Positions 59,441 through 64,000 of a stretch of 64,000 nucleotides of DNA are shown here, piece by piece. Position 1 is the stretch's first letter. Each line of letters begins with the position of its first letter. The DNA lies in the NCBI GenBank assembly GCA_035084275.1, contig CM068756.1:4650001-4714000 (forward strand). The letters run 5' to 3'. This stretch comes from Hydrolagus colliei. Its lineage: Eukaryota. The translations under genes were made by a program, and so were the position numbers. Below the pieces are notes generated by a model. The model was given only the letters and a program-made list of their open reading frames with translations. It searched no databases and was not told where the DNA came from.

Positions 59441-61674
59441 ATTCCATTCTACAAAACATTCACTAGTTTTGGGGAACTGTTTCGAAGTTGCAGTTGTATT
59501 GCTTTACTCAAGTAGCCCGGTAAAGGTGTTGGGTTCCTTTCACTAAGTATTCATAGTCTGTGTTGATAGGGTCAAAGAGTGATCTGTACCCACTGTGGCA
59601 GTCCCAATTTAGAGGACATGTTACCATCTAAACAAAGACCAGCATTTGTTGTACGCTTGGAATTGGATTTTGAATAAACCTAAACCAGCTTATTGCAAGA
59701 TAATTTGCTCTCGAGTTCATTGTTCAGTTTTAGTACAGCGCTCTTTACTCTTGTCTTGTGATCTGATTTCCACATGCTTTACCTTCAACAGTAGCTCCAT
59801 CTGCTGGATACGTATGCAATTATAGTAGTGTATTGTACTGTACTCATACTACACATCATTGAATAAAATCAGAAAATCAGTACATTTATTTATGGAGCCT
59901 GGTGTTCATAGAATGAACCCCTCTTTAATTTGAGACACTTAAGGTACATTATCAAATACAATTATTTATTAGATGTTGATATAGCTCACTTTTACAGAAA
60001 TCATAGAAGTTTTTGAGTTACAAACTGGAAAAGTTTTGTTTTGCTAGTGTTTTCCTTATTTCCTACTACTGTACCATGCAAAGCTATTTTCCTAGAGAGT
60101 TGGTCAGTTATTTTCAATTTCCTAACTATTATTGTTGGTTCCTAACTATAAATGCTTGGGATAAAGTGAAGTGATATATTGCATTGCTTTCAGCTCCTTC
60201 CTTCAAGGAATCCAGCTCAAAGGTGCAATAAAACAAGCAGTCTGGCATTTATAACACCATTAAAGGTAACATACCACATTTCCCTTTAGTTTTCAACAGT
60301 TATATGGAGTATGAAAAATGTCCTTAACACCGAGGCACTTTTTATTGCTATTATTGCTGACATTCCATTTTTCGCCTTTGGCTCTTGGCTTCAAAAGAGA
60401 ACGGACAGAAAAATCCCAAACCGTACCTAATATAAATAAGGGAAATTGCAGCATTTGGATGTTCCTCTCATGTTGTTGGGGCAGATCAGAGTATCCCGCT
60501 GCTTGATGCAAACACATTTATCTCCCGGGGTGTTGGGGGGATAAAAGAGATAAAGTCTCCTTAGAGTAGAGCTGGCAACAGAATGTCAAAATCGAGTCAA
60601 CCCTCTGCGGTACTCTTAGTAGTCCAGCTCCCTAGCCAGGTGGGTCCACAGGATTTCAGAGCACTTCTGATCTCAGACTAGACAGCCGGGCTCACTAGCA
60701 GTTCTTAGAAGGGCAAAAACGCTCAGCAGTAGGTCGTACAACCATGGCTTTGACCAGCTCAGTTTAGTGCACATTTGGAAAAAAAAATTTTATTAACGCA
60801 CCTTGTCAACTAAAATTAAATAGTTTGCAATTTATCTTAAAATGTTTATCTGCAGATTTTTACAGAATGCGGCTTTGACAGCCGTGGTTTAACAAGTGTG
60901 CAGAGCTCTAATGTGAAAGGTTTGGGCTGTTACGATTTATACAAATATAATCAAAGTCAGATCTTAGGAATTGTTCTAACAGATTTCTGAATCAGAAAGG
61001 CATCTCAGAAATCTTTAGACATTTTAAAAAATAATATTTGTTGCAGCAGGATTCTAGTTATTCATATTTTATGGGCTGTCCAGAATTTCTGCAAACAAGA
61101 AATCATGTGCCACTTGTAACCTAATTCAAAATTAATTCAAGCACTTTGTGGTTTTGCAGTGCTGTTATTTGATTCATGTATTCAGAGAAAAATGTATAAA
61201 TTATATGGATGACTATCCATTAACTTGCAGAGCAGTATAAAAGGTAGTTTCATATTTATTCATGTATATCCAACCATTACCTTTTCAGTTTACAGACATT
61301 GATATTCATTGTAATGAAAGCTGTAGTGTACGGTTAAATCAAATTTAAATCAAACTGTCAGGAAGTGGAAGATGTTTTTTGAGCATTATCAAGTTAAATG
61401 GCCCATGAAAATTCATAAAGTATCATTATCTGTAGCCTGATAAACTTTGCACTTATTCAAATGTTCTTGCTGATGCAGTAACACTTTCTGAACACTTCGA
61501 ATTAAAGAATAATTTTATGTTTCTAAGTGAATCAATTCAGTGAACAAAGGAATATGCAATAATCTGTTATAGGGTGAAATATGCTTGAGAAACAGAAGTA
61601 CCAGCATACATTTCCCTGCTTCACTCTCCTACCATCTTTCCAAAGTGCTCGAAGTGTCTTTTTGCACAATAATA

Positions 61675-61970
61675 GGAGTCCTGTAGCTCAGTGGTTAGAG
61701 CACTCGCCTCGCAAGGAAGAGACCTAGGACTGATTTCCAGCAGGGTGAAACCTTGGGTAAGTTTCCTTGACTGATAATAACCTCTCAAGAAAAAAAACAA
61801 TAATAGTTTGGTGACTCAATCCTCGACTGTTTGTGGGACATTGCTAATGTGCCACGTTTTGACCACAAATATACAGTCAATTCACTTTAGAGTATATTCC
61901 ATGAAGAGCTTTGAGACATCTAGAAGACGTGAAAAGCGCTATATCAAATGTAAGAGTTATTAATATTATT
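61675..61970 (+). mobile_element. tRNA-derived SINE, same family as 35552-35903, internally deleted
   Basis: ggagtcctgTAGCTCAGTGGttagagcac (A box 61684-61694), degenerate B box, and tail gacgtgaaaagcgctatatcaaatg. Confidence 0.85.
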
Positions 61971-63339
61971 CATATTTTACAGATCCCATACCCCATTTAT
62001 TTTCAGTTACATCTTGAACAGAAATCATAATTGCATGCAAAATAAATCATTCTTAAGCCTACTTCAAACAGTATGATGGATCATTCATTATACTGTAATA
62101 AGCTTTACAAATGACATTTTGATTTTTGTAAAAATCTGCACTGTTTGCATCACTCAAAAGTGAAGTTATTTTGACGGAAAATATGAACAAGAATTCTGAT
62201 TTGAAAGTAACAATCAATCTACTGGATGAAATTAGCAATCACACTGGCATAAGCAAGTTGAGAGTTCCAGCGAAGTGACAAGGCTGTCTCTAACAATTAG
62301 ATGTTATTTCAACCACTGACAAATATTCAATCTACACATTTCTTGAAAAACTATCAATGAATACATGAATTCTGAAGGAACATACAGCAGATCTTGAGAA
62401 CATAAACGTCATTGTGATCCATCACCGTAGCACAAAGTTACAACAGCCCCACAATTATTCGAGGAAATGACAGTCCTGTGCCCCAGAAGCTAGGATTTTT
62501 TTGCATGCCTTGCAAATTAATCTTTGTACTCTGCTGCTGTTCTAGCTGTCAAATATAAAAATTAAACCTTAAATTCAAGTTAATTCAAAGGCTTTAATCC
62601 AAAACATAAATTATATATTTTTTCCGCCCCAAACTAATATACCGTGCTATTTTTGAACACAGCAGATCCCTTCATACACCTCTCTAGAATGCTACCCACT
62701 GAATTAATGTAAATTTTGAATGGCTCCCTGCTGAATACAGTACCTATATGAAACACTTGTTTTCTGTTGTAAAATGCCTTTTAAATGGCTGACTCGATCT
62801 TCTGCAACTGAGCAAAGTAATTGTATATTTCAAATAAATGCAACATTTAATTTTATTTAAAAATTTAATACTTTTTTTTAAATGGTCCTTTATGAGCAAG
62901 AAATATCCATTTTACACATCCTCCATTCCAATCAATTTACTCTAGTACTTATTTCATAGGTATAGTAATTAAACTCCTAAAAACAAATGCAGGTTACTTT
63001 CATCAAGAGACATTCTATCAAATATTAAATATATTTTCATTCAAAGGACTGATCAAAATTGAAATGAAAATGAACAATTTACCTACATTTTACTTCGAAG
63101 TTTTTTGTGCTCTTCAAGATGACAAGTCAGCATTAAGCTCTTCCAAATTGAGGAATAGTATGTGTCACGTCCAGTTAAAGTTCCCTTTGCACTTCAACAA
63201 TGTGCCTAACTCCACACTTGGACCACAACCTCCTTCTGTAATAAGCTGAACAGTCATCCATTCTCCATCCCTTATAAAAGGCATTTTCATTCCCAGATTA
63301 CTGAAGAAGTCAGATGTTTTGTGGCTGGTCTTACAACTA

Positions 63340-63562
63340 CAGTAAAAGCCTGTTTATCCGGCCCCGATCAACCGTAACTTCCGTATAACCGACATCGCAA
63401 AAAAAAGGTCTGCATTCGATTAACCAGAATTCATCCGGAAAAATGCATTGAAATTATTTTTATTTTTTAAACTAATTTTTGCGTTTTTGGCCGAATATTC
63501 AGCATGCGCTTTAACCGGCATTGGCCAGGTCCCGAGGGTACCGGATAAACGGGCTTTTACTG
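63340..63562. mobile_element. MITE, Tc1/mariner-pogo type, copy 2
   Basis: TA-CAGTAAAAGCCTGTTTATCCGG ... CCGGATAAACGGGCTTTTACTG-TA: 21/22 TIR match with a TA target-site duplication. Confidence 0.9.
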
Positions 63563-64000
63563 TATTAGGCATAGCAACTCTTTTCACAAGGGACACTTAT
63601 AGCCTCTGTTCAATTAAAAACCTATGCCTCTGGTCTGCATGTTTGGTGTCTTCGGAACTCTGGTGTCCATGTTTAGGAATGTGTAACTCAGTCTGGTTTG
63701 GATTCTCTTAAACACGGTAATGGATTTTGGCATGTGTTATCGACATCCAGCTGACCAAAAAAAGTTACAAACAAACATAGTACTTAGCCACTACACCACT
63801 TAATCATCCTAATATTAAACAATTGATTTATATTATTCTTGACGTATTAAACGATTTGCATCAGCAATATCTACCTTTCTTAAAACAGCAATACTCCTTT
63901 AAGAGCAATGAAACAGTTCTTCTGCAGAAGCAAATACATCAATGTTTTCTACTTAATCTTACTGACCTTCCCTACAGTGCGCAGCTCACCAAACTAATGT

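Noticed and set aside
61675-61750. tRNA-like sequence (also 35830-35903)
   Set aside because: SINE heads: they continue into SINE body and tail and lack an intact cloverleaf.
57346-64000. Upstream non-coding exons or promoter of ZNF469
   Set aside because: No CpG island or clearly paired splice sites. A lone GTGAGC donor-like site near 63989 is not enough, so the promoter probably lies outside the window.

Overview
Vertebrate genomic DNA. The SINE/LINE repertoire suggests a cartilaginous fish, possibly a chimaera, but this is inference. Two minus-strand genes lie in the same tandem order as in human 16q24. (1) ZNF469: one uninterrupted 13.4-kb ORF (43742-57130, 4462 aa) in a giant exon that starts at a splice acceptor at 57323, probably with a ~3.3-kb 3' UTR. 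(2) ZFPM1/FOG1: only the CpG-island promoter, 5' UTR and 40-nt first coding exon (10953-10992, MSRRKQSNPRQIK) are present, followed by intron 1 running off the left edge; the ORF track misses this exon. The rest is intronic or intergenic and carries tRNA-derived and Deu-domain SINEs, L2 and CR1 3' fragments, two copies of a TA-flanked Tc1/mariner-type MITE, a palindromic Penelope-like remnant, and mini/microsatellites. I see no convincing new multi-gene system. The most interesting signals are regulatory, around ZFPM1 exon 1 (in-frame upstream ATG ahead of the NuRD motif, tandem splice donor, candidate 44-nt cassette exon, complementary GAGT/ACTC tracts, GATA clusters) and ZNF469 (uORF-packed leader, BCL11A/SALL-like CCHC finger). 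Repeat boundaries are read by eye and are approximate.
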